From Dendrobates tinctorius (taxonomy: Eukaryota), in the NCBI RefSeq assembly GCF_039654945.1, contig NW_027361774.1, positions 434,001 to 498,000 on the forward strand: a stretch of 64,000 nucleotides of DNA. The letters run 5' to 3'. Under the pieces are notes generated by a model. It ran no database searches and was not told where the DNA came from. It was given only the letters and a program-made list of their open reading frames with translations. Every line of letters starts with the position of its first letter. Position 1 is the first letter of the stretch. Position numbers and translations under genes: made by a program. Below are positions 49,800 through 63,100 of the stretch, piece after piece.

Positions 49800-52700
49800 A
49801 AGAAACGCTGGGGCCACAAATGAGAATAACATAATGCCGTTCATCTTCTCTTTCACCATAGATATTGACAGTGAGGGCGACTTCCACTTTGCCGCAATGT
49901 GGATTTTAGTGGCCATACATAAGTAGTTTACTAGCTTCTGAAAGCTTTCTGGAAGCCGGGAAGGCCTGGTTCCCAGTAAAAGGGTAGAAGGTTCCAGATC
50001 AACCGATCCACCATTCATTTGTGCTATCAGATGCTTCACCTCCCAAAGCCCAGAAACCACCATACAAGACCACCAAATATGTCTCACGTCACCAGATATT
50101 CCACAGCCCCTAAAACAGTCTCCCGAGATTTTAGGAAAAATGCTGTGAATTTTTTCCGGTACATAATAGACTCTGTGCAATAGTTTTAAGGATGTCTCCA
50201 CAAGGGAAGTCTGGTGACTACCTCTTGATATGGCGTCATAGCTACGATACCATTCATCAATTGACTGTTCAAACCCCAGATCCTCCTCCCACTGTAACAT
50301 ATACTTCAATTTTTTATCATCTTGTGGGGAGTTTCTAGCACAGTAGATCAATGAGATTGTTCCCCTGCCCAAAGGGTCATTTAGACATTTATTTTCAAAA
50401 CTCGTTGCCCTGAGAGTAGTACCGCTCGGGAGGATCTGCTTTGCAAAGTGGGAGATCTGGTTCAGTCGCATTACCTCCCTAACTAGAGGGTCAAATGTTT
50501 GAACAAATTCCTGTTTGTCAAGTAAGATATTAAATGGGGAACACAAATGTTTAAGTATATGAATACCTTTCAGCTTCCACCAAGAAAACATTTGTGGCTC
50601 AAGGCCTGGCGGGAACATGGGGTTTTGTAATATAGCTGTCAGGGGAGAAGGGCTTGATTGTAAGTTATATTTAAATCGGACTTTCCTCCAAAGAAGCAAC
50701 GAGTGGACTGTAAAAGGAGCCACATTCATTAACCCCCATGAAAGTCGGTCTGTGGTCCACATTAGGCCTGATAAAGAGAATGGTTTGGAGAGAAATGATT
50801 CCAGAATAACCCATCTCGGACTATTGGGATATGAACACGCACTTATTAATGGAGCAATCTGTGCCGACTTGTAATAAAGTGTAAAATTAGGGAGGGATAA
50901 ACCCCCTTCTTTTCTGTGACGGAACATACGTTTTTGCACAATTCTGGGTTGTTTTCCTGGCCAGAGAAACTTAGACATCATAGAGTGTAAATGAGGGAAC
51001 GTTCTGGCTGGTACCATAATTGGGAGGGACCTAAATAGATGTAAGAAGTGAGGCAGTGACACCATTTTTAATGCCTGTATTCTGCCGGGCCAGGGTAACT
51101 TTGAGGAAGCCCATCTATCCAGGTCCCTCTGGAAGTTTTGGATCAGTGGAGTGTAATTCCACCTAAACACAGTTGACCTGTTGGCTGTTAAGTTTATACC
51201 CAGATATGTTAGATAATGTTCTTTGTGTATAAACCCAAAATGGGAGGCTATATTAGTTTGCTCTTAGGAAAATTTACAAATAATGCTTCGGATTTATCAA
51301 TGTTAATCTTCAACCCTGAGATCTTCTCAAATTTGTGAAGGAGGGAAAACAAGTGAGGGAGTGTAGTGTGGGGACTTATTAATGTTAGCAGGACATCATC
51401 CGCAAAGAGGCTGACTTTATATTGGTCTCCCATATTCTCAGGGCCCAGGATATTCTGATCTCTCCTTATTGCTTCCACAATGGGTTCCATTACAAGTGCA
51501 AAAAGATCCGGAGATAGAGGACAGCCCTGCCTGGTACCCTCTGAATATTAATTGGAGGGGGATGTGGTGACGGGAGTTTTACATAAGCGATAGGGCTATC
51601 ATATAACAATTGGAGGCACTTTATAAGTTTAGGGGAGAATCCGACTTCCGATAGAACCGTAAAGAGATATGTCCAGGACGCCGAATCGAAAGCCCTCTCA
51701 GTATCTAATGCAAGCAGGAGAAGTCGCTTTCGTTGTAGGTTAGTTGTATGAATAATATTTAACGCTCTCCTAATATTATCTGGGGCCTGTCGCGCTGGTA
51801 TAAAACCAACCTGATCCCGATGGATGAGGTGAGGGAGGATTTTATTGGTCCTGTTAGTCACAATGGATGTAAAGATTTTGAAGTCAATGTATAAGAGGGA
51901 TACAGGTCTATAATTTGTGGTGAGATGATCTTTCTTAGGATTAGGGATTACGGTTACATGCGCCACGTAGAGCTCAGGGGGCAGCTGTGAGCCATTTAGT
52001 AGTGAATTACAGAGGTTTTTATATGTGGTGTCAGCACATCGCTGCATTTTTTATAATATATTGGTGTAAGACCATCCGGCCCCGGGGACTTTCCTCTTTT
52101 TAGTTTTTTGATTGTTGAAACTATTTCCTCCTCAGAGATGTGTAAATGGAGTTGTTGTGCCGCGGACTCAGTCAGGTTAGGTAGATGTAGTGTGTGAAGG
52201 AATGACTCCAGTAGTGAGGGGGGGTGATTGTGGGGGGAATACAAACTCTGGGGGTATTCATTATAAGTGCTATACATGACATCGGGGTGGGCTGAGGTCT
52301 GACCCTTAGGGTCTTTTATAGAGGAGATTATATGCAGTGACTCTCTCATTCTGAGCTTACGAGCGGCATCTTATTAGGCTTATTGGCATGGTGATAAAAC
52401 GCGGCTTTACTCCAAGTTAGCGCCTCTCCGTTCTGGTGGTGAGAATGGCGTCTAATTGTCATTTCATATCTTGTATTTGTGTAGATAAGTATAGGGGTGA
52501 AGAGCGCTGATTGGCCAATTCTCACTCCTGCAGTTTCTCCTCCAGTCTGGGCTGTAATTCAGACCTTTCTTCTTCCTGTCGGCCGATAACTTATCACAGA
52601 ACCGGGAATAGATTTTCTGTGCGCGAGTCACATTGCTCCAAGTGAGGCCTCCTCCGCTGTGTGAGTTTAGGGGAAATTTGTTATATCTTCTCTTATAGCG

Positions 52701-52800
52701 GTTACATTAGAGATTTGGGCATTTTAGCTCCTGGTGTGGAGTCGATAGCACAATCATATGCCGCCATATAGTAGACGGCCGGTAACTGGGGAGAATTCCC
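49800..52800 (-). mobile_element. L1-clade LINE ORF2 remnant
   Basis: KSPGPDG, NYRPVSLL, DQVGFIP, LDTERAFD, LFADDVL and C-terminal CFRGC...HIWWSC motifs; multiple frameshifts. Confidence 0.9.
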
Positions 52801-52964
52801 TCCTGTGTGGGGTCTATTTCCCTCCAGAGATATCACACGTTACATTCCACACATAACACTGTGTAGAGAAGGCGGCGCGGGGTAATTGTGCCAGTAGTGA
52901 GGGGAGAATAATGGCGGGAATGTCACTGACTGAGGAGAAGTCTCCATGGAGGTCTGCACTCCGG

Positions 52965-53061
52965 AGATCATGTGACCCCTGACTCCTCCCCTCCTGTGAC
53001 CTCATCACAGGTCCTGTGCACAGAGCAGCCATATATGTGGAGTGTGGCTCTGCAGGTTAGT
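52965..53061 (+). promoter_or_regulatory. Promoter-like module plus candidate first exon (type 2) of copy C
   Basis: GATCATGTGACC, dyad 52993-53011, CATATATG, donor CAG|GTTAGT at 53056; oriented toward copy C. Confidence 0.55.
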
Positions 53062-53107
53062 GATGGGCAGTCCGGCTCTTCTGGCTCCTTTTCCCACTTT
53101 TCTCCCT

Positions 53108-54019
53108 CCTGTCCCTTCACTATAAAGCCTGGGCCTCATTATACAGCTGTACAGGGGTCTAGTGAAGGCTTTTTAGCCCTTTCCTCAGACTGTAGCTCCT
53201 GGGAACAGACCCTCACTCCTGTCCCTTCACTATAAAGCCTGGGCCTCATTATACAGCTGTACAGGGGTCTAGTGAAGGCTTTTTAGCCCTTTCCTCAGAC
53301 TGTAGCTCCTGGGCACAGGCCCTCACTCCTGTCCCTTCACTATGAAGCCTGGGCCTCATTATACAGCTGTACAGGGGTCTAGTGAAGGCTTTTTAGCTCT
53401 TTCCTCAGACTGTAGCCCCTGAGCACAGGCCCTCACTCCTGTCCCTTCACTATAAAGCCCGGGCCTCATTATACAGCTGTACAGGGGTCTAGTGAAGGCT
53501 TTTTAGCCCTTTCCTCAGACTGTAGCTCCTGGACACAGGCCCTTACTCCTGTCCCTTCACTATAAAGCCTGGGCCTCATTATACAGCTGTCTAGTGAAGG
53601 CTTTTTAGCCCTTTCCTCAGACTGTAGCTCCTGGGAACAGGCCCTCACTCCTGTCCCTTCACTATAAAGCCTGGGCCTCATTATACAGCTGTACAGGGGT
53701 CTAGTGAAGGCTTTTTAGCCCTTTCCTCAGACTGTAGCTCCTGGGAACAGGCCCTCACTCCTGTCCCTTCACTATAAAGCCTGGGCCTCATTATACAGCT
53801 GTACAGGGGTCTAGTGAAGGCTTTTTAGCCCTTTCCTCAGACTGTAGCTCCTGGGAACAGGCCCTCACTCCTGTCCCTTCACTATAAAGCCTGGGCCTCA
53901 TTATACAGCTGTACAGGGGTCTAGTGAAGGCTTTTTAGCCCTTTCCTCAGACTGTAGCTCCTGGGCACAGGCCCTCACTCCTGTCCCTTCTCTATAAAGC
54001 CTGGGCCTCATTATACAGC
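53108..54019 (-). repeat. 110-bp satellite in inverted orientation (~8 units)
   Basis: Reverse complement of the unit at 7309-25780. Confidence 0.97.
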
Positions 54020-54024
54020 ACAAT

Positions 54025-56430
54025 TTGGGAATCAAAATTTTTTTTAGTTAGGAAATTATAAGGGTTAAAAGTTGACCAGCGATTTCTCATTTTTACAACA
54101 CCATTTTAATTTTACGGCCCACATCACATTTGAAGCCACTCTGAGGGGTCTATATGATAGAAAATACCCAAAAGTGACACCATTCTAAAAACTGCACCCC
54201 TCAAGGTGCTCAAAACCACATTCAAGAAGTTTATTAACCCTTCAGGTGCGTCACAGGAATTTATTGAATATTTAAAAAAAAAAAGAACATTTAACTTTTT
54301 TTCACAAAAAAAATACTTCAGGTCCATTTTTTTTATTTTACCAAAGGTAACAGGAGAAATTGGACTGCAAAAGTTATTGTGCAATTTGTCCTGAGTACGC
54401 TGATACCTGATATGTGGGAAGGAACCAGTGTTTCGACGCATGGCAGAGCTCAGAAGGGAAGGAGCGCCATTTGACTTTTACAGTGCAAAATTGGCTGGAA
54501 TTGAGATCGGACGTCATGTCACGTTTGGAGAGCCCCTGATGTACCTAAACAGAGGAAACCCCCCACAAGTGACCCCATTTTGGAAACTACACCCGCCAAG
54601 AAGCGTATCTATGTGGTGAGCACTTTGAACCCCCAAGGGCTTCACTGAAGTTTATAAAGTACAGCCGTACAATTAATCATATTTTTTCCACAAAAATGAT
54701 CTTTTTACCCCAATTTTTATTTTCCCAAGAGCAACAGGACCCTAAAAGTTATTGTGCAATTTGTCTTGAGTACGCTGATACCCCATATGTGGGGGTAAAC
54801 CACTATTTGGGCGCATGGCAGAGCTCGGAAGGGAAGCAGCGCCATTTGACCTTTTTGGCTAGAATTGAGATCGGACGCCATGTTGCATTTGGAGAGCACC
54901 TGATGTACCAAAACAGTGGAAACCCCCCTATTCTAACTCCAATCCTAACCCCAACACACCCCTAACCCTAATCTCAGCCCTAACCCTAGCCCTAATGGGA
55001 AAATGGAAATATTTTTCTTTTATTTTATTATTTTTCCCTTACTAAGGGGGTGATAACGGGGGGTTTGATTTACTATTTATGGCGGTTTTTATGTTTGGCG
55101 GCTGTCACACGCTTAAAGACGCTTTTTATTGTAAAAATTGTTTATGAATCACCACATATTGAGAGTTATAATTTTTCCATATTTTGACACACCGAGTCAT
55201 GTGAGGTCTTATGTTTTGCGGGACAAGTTGACGTTTTTATTGGTACCATTTTCGGGCACGTGACATTTTTTGATCGCTTTTTATTCCGATTTTTGGGACA
55301 CAGAATTAACAAAAACCAACGTTTCATGTATTTTTTTTGGGGGGTGCGTTTGCACCGTTCCGCGTGCTGTAAAATTGATAAAGCGGTTTTATTCTTCGGG
55401 TCAGTACGGTTACAGCGATACCTCATTTATCTCTTTTTTTATGTTTTGGCGCTTTTATGCACTGAAAACAATTTTATATAAAAAATAATTATTCTGTGAG
55501 CTATAACTTTTTAATTTTTTTGCGGATGATGCTGTATGGCAGCTCGTTTTTTGCGGGACAAGATGACGTTTTCAGCGGTATCATGGTTATTTATATCCGT
55601 CTTTTTGATCGCGCGTTATTGCACTTTTTGTTCGGCGGTATGATGATAAAGCATTATTTTTTGCTTCATTTGTTATTTTTATTTAAGAGGTTCAACAAAG
55701 AGGTTAATTAGTGGGACAGTTTTATAGGGCGGATCGTTACGGATGCAGCGTTACCAAATATGTGTACTTTTATTTATTTTTTTTCAAAAAATGAATTTAT
55801 TAGGGAATATATGTATATATATTTTTTAAATTTATTTAGTGATTTTTTTATAAATTATTTTTAAACTTTTTTTTTTTTTTTTACTTTATCACTTTGTCCC
55901 AGGGGGGACATAAATGTCATGTGACAGATCGCTGATCTGTCACATCACAGATCGTTGTGAGAGATCAGCGATCTGTCACAGGCAGTGCTGCAGTCTTCCT
56001 CATGCTGGTGCTTTGCAGGCATGAGGAAGCCGCCTCCCTGCAGGCCCCCGAAGGTCCCCGCTGCCATTTTGGATTCGGGGACCTGCAGGGAAGGAGCCCC
56101 ACGCAGCAGTGCTGCACATCGCGCTGCTGTGGGGGTCTCAGGGAAGCACGGAGGGAGCCTCCTCCCTGCCGATGCTTCCCTAAACCCCCGATACACTGCG
56201 ATCGTGTTTGATCGCAGTGTGCCAGGAGTTAACGTGTCGGGGCAGTTCGTGACCGCCCCTGACACATAGTGTTGGGTGTCAGCTGTGATAATCAGCTGAC
56301 ACCCGGCCTCGATCAGCTGCGTTCCCCCCGTGAGTGCAGCTGATCGCGCTAGACGTACTATCCCGTCCTTGGGACTTAGGTCCCAGGTCACATGGACGGA
56401 ATAGTACGTCTAATGTAGGAAAGGTGTTAA
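54025..56430 (-). mobile_element. TTAA-type (piggyBac-related) non-autonomous DNA element
   Basis: Ends GGAAAGGTG-TTAA exactly where identity to copy A (4237-4240 TTAA) resumes; shares subterminal repeats with 45100-46050; degenerate CCCTAA tract at ~54940-54996. Confidence 0.72.
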
Positions 56431-57135
56431 TATCGGCTTTTTCTGGAGTTTTTCTTGTAATATGGGAAAGCCTAAGGCAGAAATAAACCCCATAAATCAC
56501 TGTACATGGAGACTTTGGGATCAGATCATTTCTGTCCGTTGTGTTTGTGGAAACTAAAATTTTTTTCTAAAAGCCTCAAACTTCTGTGTGTGACTCAGAG
56601 CTGAGATCTAACGTGAGAGAAGATTCCAGTGCGGGGAAGACGGGAAACCTTCATATAGACGGCCGGTGGGGATGGAGGCAGTGACCGACTCTGGCCAAAT
56701 CTGTCTCTAGAGCCGTAGTAGAAGATGAAGATGTCATCCTCACCATGAAGGAGTTATTTCTCATGTCGCGTGTAATGAATATCTCCTGCAGTATTGCTAA
56801 TGCCGATTCCAGTGTCGGTAATGAGACGAGAATTAGCGTTATGGAAGATGAGTCTATGAGGAACGTGTTCAGCTGCCGACTCCGAGGAGGAAACTGCTTG
56901 TTGTCTGTGGCCTAAATATATAGGTTTTATTAGTAGATGTCAGGGAAGAAAACTAAACCCTGTAAGATAATAAATCTCCTCATATGTTTCCCTTATTATC
57001 TCCAGTAATTGTATTATTACACAGGATTCTTATGATGTTACATCGGATCATCTTCTCATTCAGGTCTCTACAATATCGGATCCTCTCAGTGAAGATCTTC
57101 TACAGAAGAGAATTTTCCTGATTTACCCATCAAGG

Positions 57136-58197
57136 ATGGATATGGACAGAGACAAGATGGCGGAGAGGATGTTACACCTCACCCTAGAGATCCTCTTCCA
57201 TCTCACTGGAGAGGTGAGAGATTCTGATGACGTCACATTACATCATTCTTATCTATGGGAATAATAGATGGACAGAACTGGAGAGGTGAGGACTCTGGAA
57301 ATGTCTGTAGTGAGATTTATTAATGTCTCTCCATAACTAGGATTACACAGTGGTGAAGAAGACCTCTAGTGATCGCTGTCAGGACCCTGTGTCTGAGGGA
57401 TGTGGAAGACCCCTGAGCCCAATCACGGGGCCTCCACCTCACCCCCTGATCCATGAGGACATCAATGACCAGAAGATCCTAGAACTCATCTACAAGATGA
57501 TTGAGCTGCTGACTGGAGAGGTGACACTGCTGAGAATGCTGGGACACTACACAGTAACACTATGAAGGGATCGGGGGGATGACGGTATCATTGTATGTGT
57601 CAGGTTTCTATAAGGTGTCAGGATGTCGCTGTCTATTTCTCCATGGAGCAGTGGGAGTATTTAGAAGGACACAGAGATCTCTACAAGGACATCATAATGG
57701 AGGTTCCCCAGCCCCTCACATCTCCAGGTAATAGACAGGACTAAATACACACGGCCTATAATTATCTGTATGTAGAGAATGAATTCAGTCCCTGTATGTG
57801 TTTCCTCCAGATCTATCCAGTAAGAGGACAACACCAGAGAGATGTCCCCGTCCTCTTCTTCCACAGGACTGTAACCAAGAAGATCCCAGTGCTCCTCAGG
57901 ATCCTCAGGTAGATGGAGAGAAGGTGTCAGGAGATCTCCCCTATGATGTGTAGACGGCTGTGAAGGTCTTGTGCTCAGTCTTGTTTTATCCACCAGTATT
58001 ATATGTTTTATACTTGTGTAATGAGAACGGTGGAGATGGCAGGATTAGAGCTGATCATAGATGGGACTTCTCCATCTGTCTGTGACTTTTACAATATTTG
58101 TTTCAGGGTGAAGATCTGACCCATATTAATACTACAGAGACATATGTGAGGGGTGATGAGTGGTGTAAAGAGGAGATTCCCACATATGACTACCCAG
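57136..58197 (+). CDS. FAX/KRAB-like zinc-finger gene copy C, five 5' coding exons (57136-57213, 57341-57520, 57604-57727, 57811-57908, 58107-58197); finger exon expected right of the window
   Basis: Inverted paralog of A and B; canonical splice sites, open frame, [33 protein letters not shown]. Confidence 0.88.
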
Positions 58198-58849
58198 GTG
58201 AGTGGTAACCACTGAATGCAGAGAAGTCACAGATTCCTCTCAGTCACCGGCTGTGGCTGCTTTATCGGTGGTGTAGTCCGGCCATATTACCATGATCACC
58301 ATTTTGCCTCTAGACCACAACATTCTCCTCCAACCAAAACTGTTCAAATGACTTTGGGCAGTGAAAGCCCTTTTCTATAGAACTTACAGCCAATTACATT
58401 GTTTTTGATCCTAAGGAATTCAGATTACTGCACAGTCTCTCCTGAAATGGGGAGCAATATTATTTTCTCTAATCTTCTGCTCAGGATCCATAGTAGCTCC
58501 AATGGTCCACCATAAATGAGGGCAACTCTGGTTTACTGTTGTGTAATCTGTATTTGTAGTTTTCAGTTAATGAGATTCTCGTGCTCTGGGGCGGGGCTGT
58601 GGGTGGGGTTGTGGGTGGGGCTTTATGTGGTCTGATTACATATTCCTCTGTATTGGCTTATGACAGGTCGCTGACCCCTTACTGACCTGCCCCCCATTAT
58701 TACATAATGCATATAATAGCATTGATATTATTGTTGAGAATGCCTATAATATTGTGGCTATTGTGAGGCTTAGAAAAAAATTACATCCAGCACAATGTCA
58801 CCGGTGATGGCGGCGCCTGCGCAGCAGCATCTACATCAACTATATCAAA

Positions 58850-60150
58850 TTTTATTGTTAGGAAGTTATAAGGGTTAAAAGTTGACCAGCGATTTCTCAT
58901 TTTTACAACAAAATTTACAAAACCATTTTTTAGGGACCACATCACATTTGAAGTGAGTTTGGGGGTCAATATGACAGAAAATACACAAAAGTGACACCAT
59001 TCTAAAGAGTGCACCCGTCAAGGAGCTCAAAACCACATTCAAGAAGTTTATTAACCCTTCAGGTGCTTCACAGGAATGAATGGAATGTGGAAGGAAAAAA
59101 TAAACATTTACTTTTCTTTCACAAAAATTTTCACTTAGACCTAATTATTTTTTACTTTCGCCAGGGTAACAGGAGAAAATGGACGATACATTTTGTTTTG
59201 CAATTTCTCCTGAGCATGCTGATACCCCATATGTGGGGGAAATCTGTTGTTAGGGCACGGCAGGGCTTGGAAGGGAAGGAGCGCCATTTGACTTTTTGAA
59301 TGTAAAATATGCTGGAATAATTAGCGGTTGCCATGTCGTGTTTGTCGAGCCCCTGATGTGCCTAAACAGTAGAAACTCCCAAAAAGGGACCCCATTTTTT
59401 AAACTAGACCCCTTAGGGAACTTATCCAGATGTATATTGAGCACCTTGAACCCACAGGTGCTTCACAGACGTTTATAACATGACGCCATGCAAATAAAAA
59501 AAAAAATAAGATTTTTCACAAATCTTTTTAGCTCCATATTTTGCATTTTCATAAGGGTAACAGGAGAAATTGCTCCATACAATTTGTTGTGCAATTTCTC
59601 CTAAGCTCGCCGATACCCCATATGTGGGAGAATACTACTGCTTGGGCGCATGGCAGAACTTGGAAGGGAAGGAGCGCCATATTGGAGAGCAGATTTTGCT
59701 GGAATTGTTTGTGGGTGACATGTCACATTGTCAGAGCCCCTGAGGTGCCAGAACAGCATAAGCCCCAAAAGTGACTGCATTTTACCAAATACTTCCCTGA
59801 ATGAATTCTTCTAGTGGTGTAGTGAGCATACTGACACCACAGCTGTTCCATAGACAATTATACCATTAGGCAGTGAAGAAGAAATAATTACATTTTTACA
59901 ATTAAAATGTTGTTTTAACCCCAGATTTTACATTGGAAAATAGGTAGATAGGTAAATGGTCACTACACCCAGAGATGAATTCCCTCCTGAAGTGACGCAA
60001 TTTTGGAAATGACACCCCTCTGGGAATTCATCTATGGATATAGTGACCATTGTCACTACATGGATGATTTCCAGAAACTCGTAGAAGTTTCAGAGAAAAA
60101 ATTGCAAAAATGTCATTTTAGTGCCCAATATATCGTGCCCAGCTTGTGTC
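58850..60150 (-). mobile_element. piggyBac 3' region duplicated along with gene copy C
   Basis: Reverse complement of ~44020-46070 without the MITE. Confidence 0.82.
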
Positions 60151-63100
60151 TGTGAGGCTGGAAGGACTCCAAGGGTGAACCCACAGGACCGCGACGACGA
60201 ACCTACCCCTGGGTGAGCAGGCCAGGTGTACCACCCCCTATACAGGGAGCGTTTGGGGCAGGCCTGGAGGAGACTATCGCCGCGAAAGCTGATACCTTGG
60301 GGACAACTGGAGGAGTAGACCGTCAGTCACCGGGATGAAATGCAGACAGGACCGTCCGAAGGACACAGGAAGAACGGCTGCAGGGCTAAATAGAGAGGAT
60401 GACCGGGGCACAGGAGCAGGCAGGGACAGACAGAAGAGGCACACACGGGAGGAGGCAGGAACGGACTGGACCGGCCGGCTCTGGAAGAAAATGCAAAGGC
60501 GGTGAGAGTTCAGCTAGTGAAGCAAGGCGATATGCTAAGGCAAGGCTGGGTGCTAGGCAGGATTTAGGTGGACCCGAGAGTCTGTCATGGAATACCATAG
60601 ACGATCAGGCAGCGATCCAGAGGAGAGGCTGCCTTTTATAGGGACATGAGTTCCGGGTCGGATCAGCAGGGTCATGGGGGCGGAGAGAGAACCGGCTAGC
60701 CAGTGCTGAGACCCGGGGTGTGAGCTGCACGTGCGCCCGGGCAGAGCAGTCAGGCTGACTGCGGCGCAAGAGGCTGGAGTGCCGGCGGGCGCGCGCCCGC
60801 TGCAGGGGCGTGCTGGAACGGCGGGCGCGCCCGGAGGCCACGGGCAGCGTGGAGCCAGAGGAGGACGCGGCAGGAGCCGAGCGCGCGGTGGAGGCTGCGA
60901 GCGTGGGACCAGCGGGAGCGGGAGCGGTAAGCGTGACAGTACCCCCCTCTTACGCCCCCTCCTCTTAAGGTCGGAAAGGAACTTAGCTAAAATTTGAGGG
61001 GCTTGAATGTTCTCCCGGGGCTCCCAAGATCTTTCCTCTGGACCAAAACCCTTCCAGTCAATTAAGAAAAGGGTTTTACCTCTAGACCTTTTCATGGCAA
61101 GAATTTCCTTAACCTCAAAAATATCCTGAGTGGAGACGGGCACGGGGGCACGGCCAGCAGAAGCATGGAACTGATTGAGTACGACCGGTTTCAAGAGGGA
61201 CACATGGAACGAGTTAGGAATCCGTAGCGAAGCGGGGAGTCTTAACTTGTAGGCAACATCATTGATACGGGCTAAAATCTCAAAAGGACCGATGTACCGC
61301 GGGCCCAGTTTATAAGAGGGAATTTTGAGATGGACAAATTTTGAGGATAGCCAAACTTTATCCCCAGGATGGTACAACGGAGAATCTAGGCGTCTTTTGT
61401 CGGCATGTCTCTTGAATCTGTCACGTGCTCGTTCAAGTGCGGTTTTGGTCTCCTGCCAGACCCTGGAGAACTCCTCGGTCAGAAGATTGGCCGCCGGCAC
61501 ACCCGAGGCCGGGAGTACCGGCAGAGGTACACCAGGATGTTGCCCGTAGACAATAAAGAAGGGTGATTTGGTGGAGGATTCGCTGGGATGGTTGTTGTAA
61601 GCGAACTCAGCCCAAGGGAGCAAGCTGGACCAATCGTTCTGGTGGGCGTTGGAAAAATGTCGGAGATACGTCACGAGAGTTTGGTTCGTACGCTCCGTTT
61701 GACCATTAGATTGAGGATGGTAAGCGGAGGAAAAGTCCAGCGTTACTTCCATCATCTTGCATAGGGCCCTCCAGAATCGCGAGGTAAACTGAACCCCTCT
61801 GTCCGAGACAATGTGCTTGGGGAAGCCATGGATCCGGAAGATATGAGATATGAAAATTCTCGCCAGTTCGAGAGCGGAAGGTAATCCTGGTAGAGGGGTG
61901 AAGTGGGCCATCTTAGAGAAGCGGTCCACGACCACAAAAATGACGGTGTGGCCCGAGGACTGAGGCAGATCCGTAATAAAATCCATCGCAATGTGTTGCC
62001 ACGGGGCCGAGGGAACCGGAAGTGGGTGCAAGAGACCAGAGGGTCGCTGCCGGGGAACCTTGTTCTTGGCACAAGACAGGCAAGAGGCGATGAAACTTTG
62101 GACATCTTGAGGCAGGGAGGGCCACCAATAAAAGCGAGAGATGAGGGAGAGCATTTTCTTGAGACCGACGTGGCCGGCTAACTTGGTGGCATGACCCCAA
62201 TGTAGAACTCGCCTCCTGTCGTTGTCTTGGACAAAAGTCTTGCCGGGAGGTAAGGAAGTCAGGTTAACAGGAGCGACTACGATAAGCTTGCTAGGCTCCA
62301 CTATGTGTGAAGGCTCCTCCTCTTTATCAGAGACCAGAAAGGATCGGGATAAGGCATCCGCTTTGAGGTTCTTATCACCAGGACGAAAATGGAGCTCAAA
62401 ATCGAACCGGGTAAAGAATAGCGCCCATCTGGCCTGCCGAGGGTTAAGCCTATGTGCAGACTGAATATATGCTAGATTCTTGTGGTCAGTGAAGATCTGG
62501 AGTGGGTGTACGGCTCCTTCCAGAAGATATCGCCACTCCTCCAAGGCTAGCTTAATGGCGAGCAGTTCTCTGTCTCCGATGATATAGTTTCTCTCTGGAG
62601 GGGAGAACGTCTTTTAGAAAAAGCCGCAGGTGACCAACCGTCCGGAAGGAGATCTCTGAGAGAGAACCGCACCGGCTCCGGTGGCAGAGGCATCCACCTC
62701 GAGTGTGAATGGCTTGTTAGCCTCTGGACGGTGTAGCACGGGAGCTGTGGCAAAGGCTTGCCTCAAGGTTCGGAAGCCGTTCTCGGCTTCGGTAGACCAG
62801 TGGTGAGGATCGGCTCCCTTATGGATCAAAGCGGAGATTGGAGCGGTCAGAGCGGAAAAGTGTGGAATAAACTGCCGGTAATAGTTGGCAAATCCCAGGA
62901 ACCGCTGGATTGCCTTGATTCCCTGGGGACGCGGCCAATTGAGTACGGCGGTCACTTTTCCAGGGTCCATGCACAAGCCAGAGTTGGAAATGATGTAACC
63001 CAAGAACAGCAGTGACGACTGTTCGAAGGCGCATTTTTCAAGCTTGGCATAGAGATGATGTTTTCTCAGACGAAGTAGGACTTGGCGTACATCTTTTCTG

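Noticed and set aside
53160-53185. GGCT-TTTT-AGCC as a histone 3' stem-loop or terminator
   Set aside because: 4-bp stem instead of the 6-bp consensus; no histone ORF
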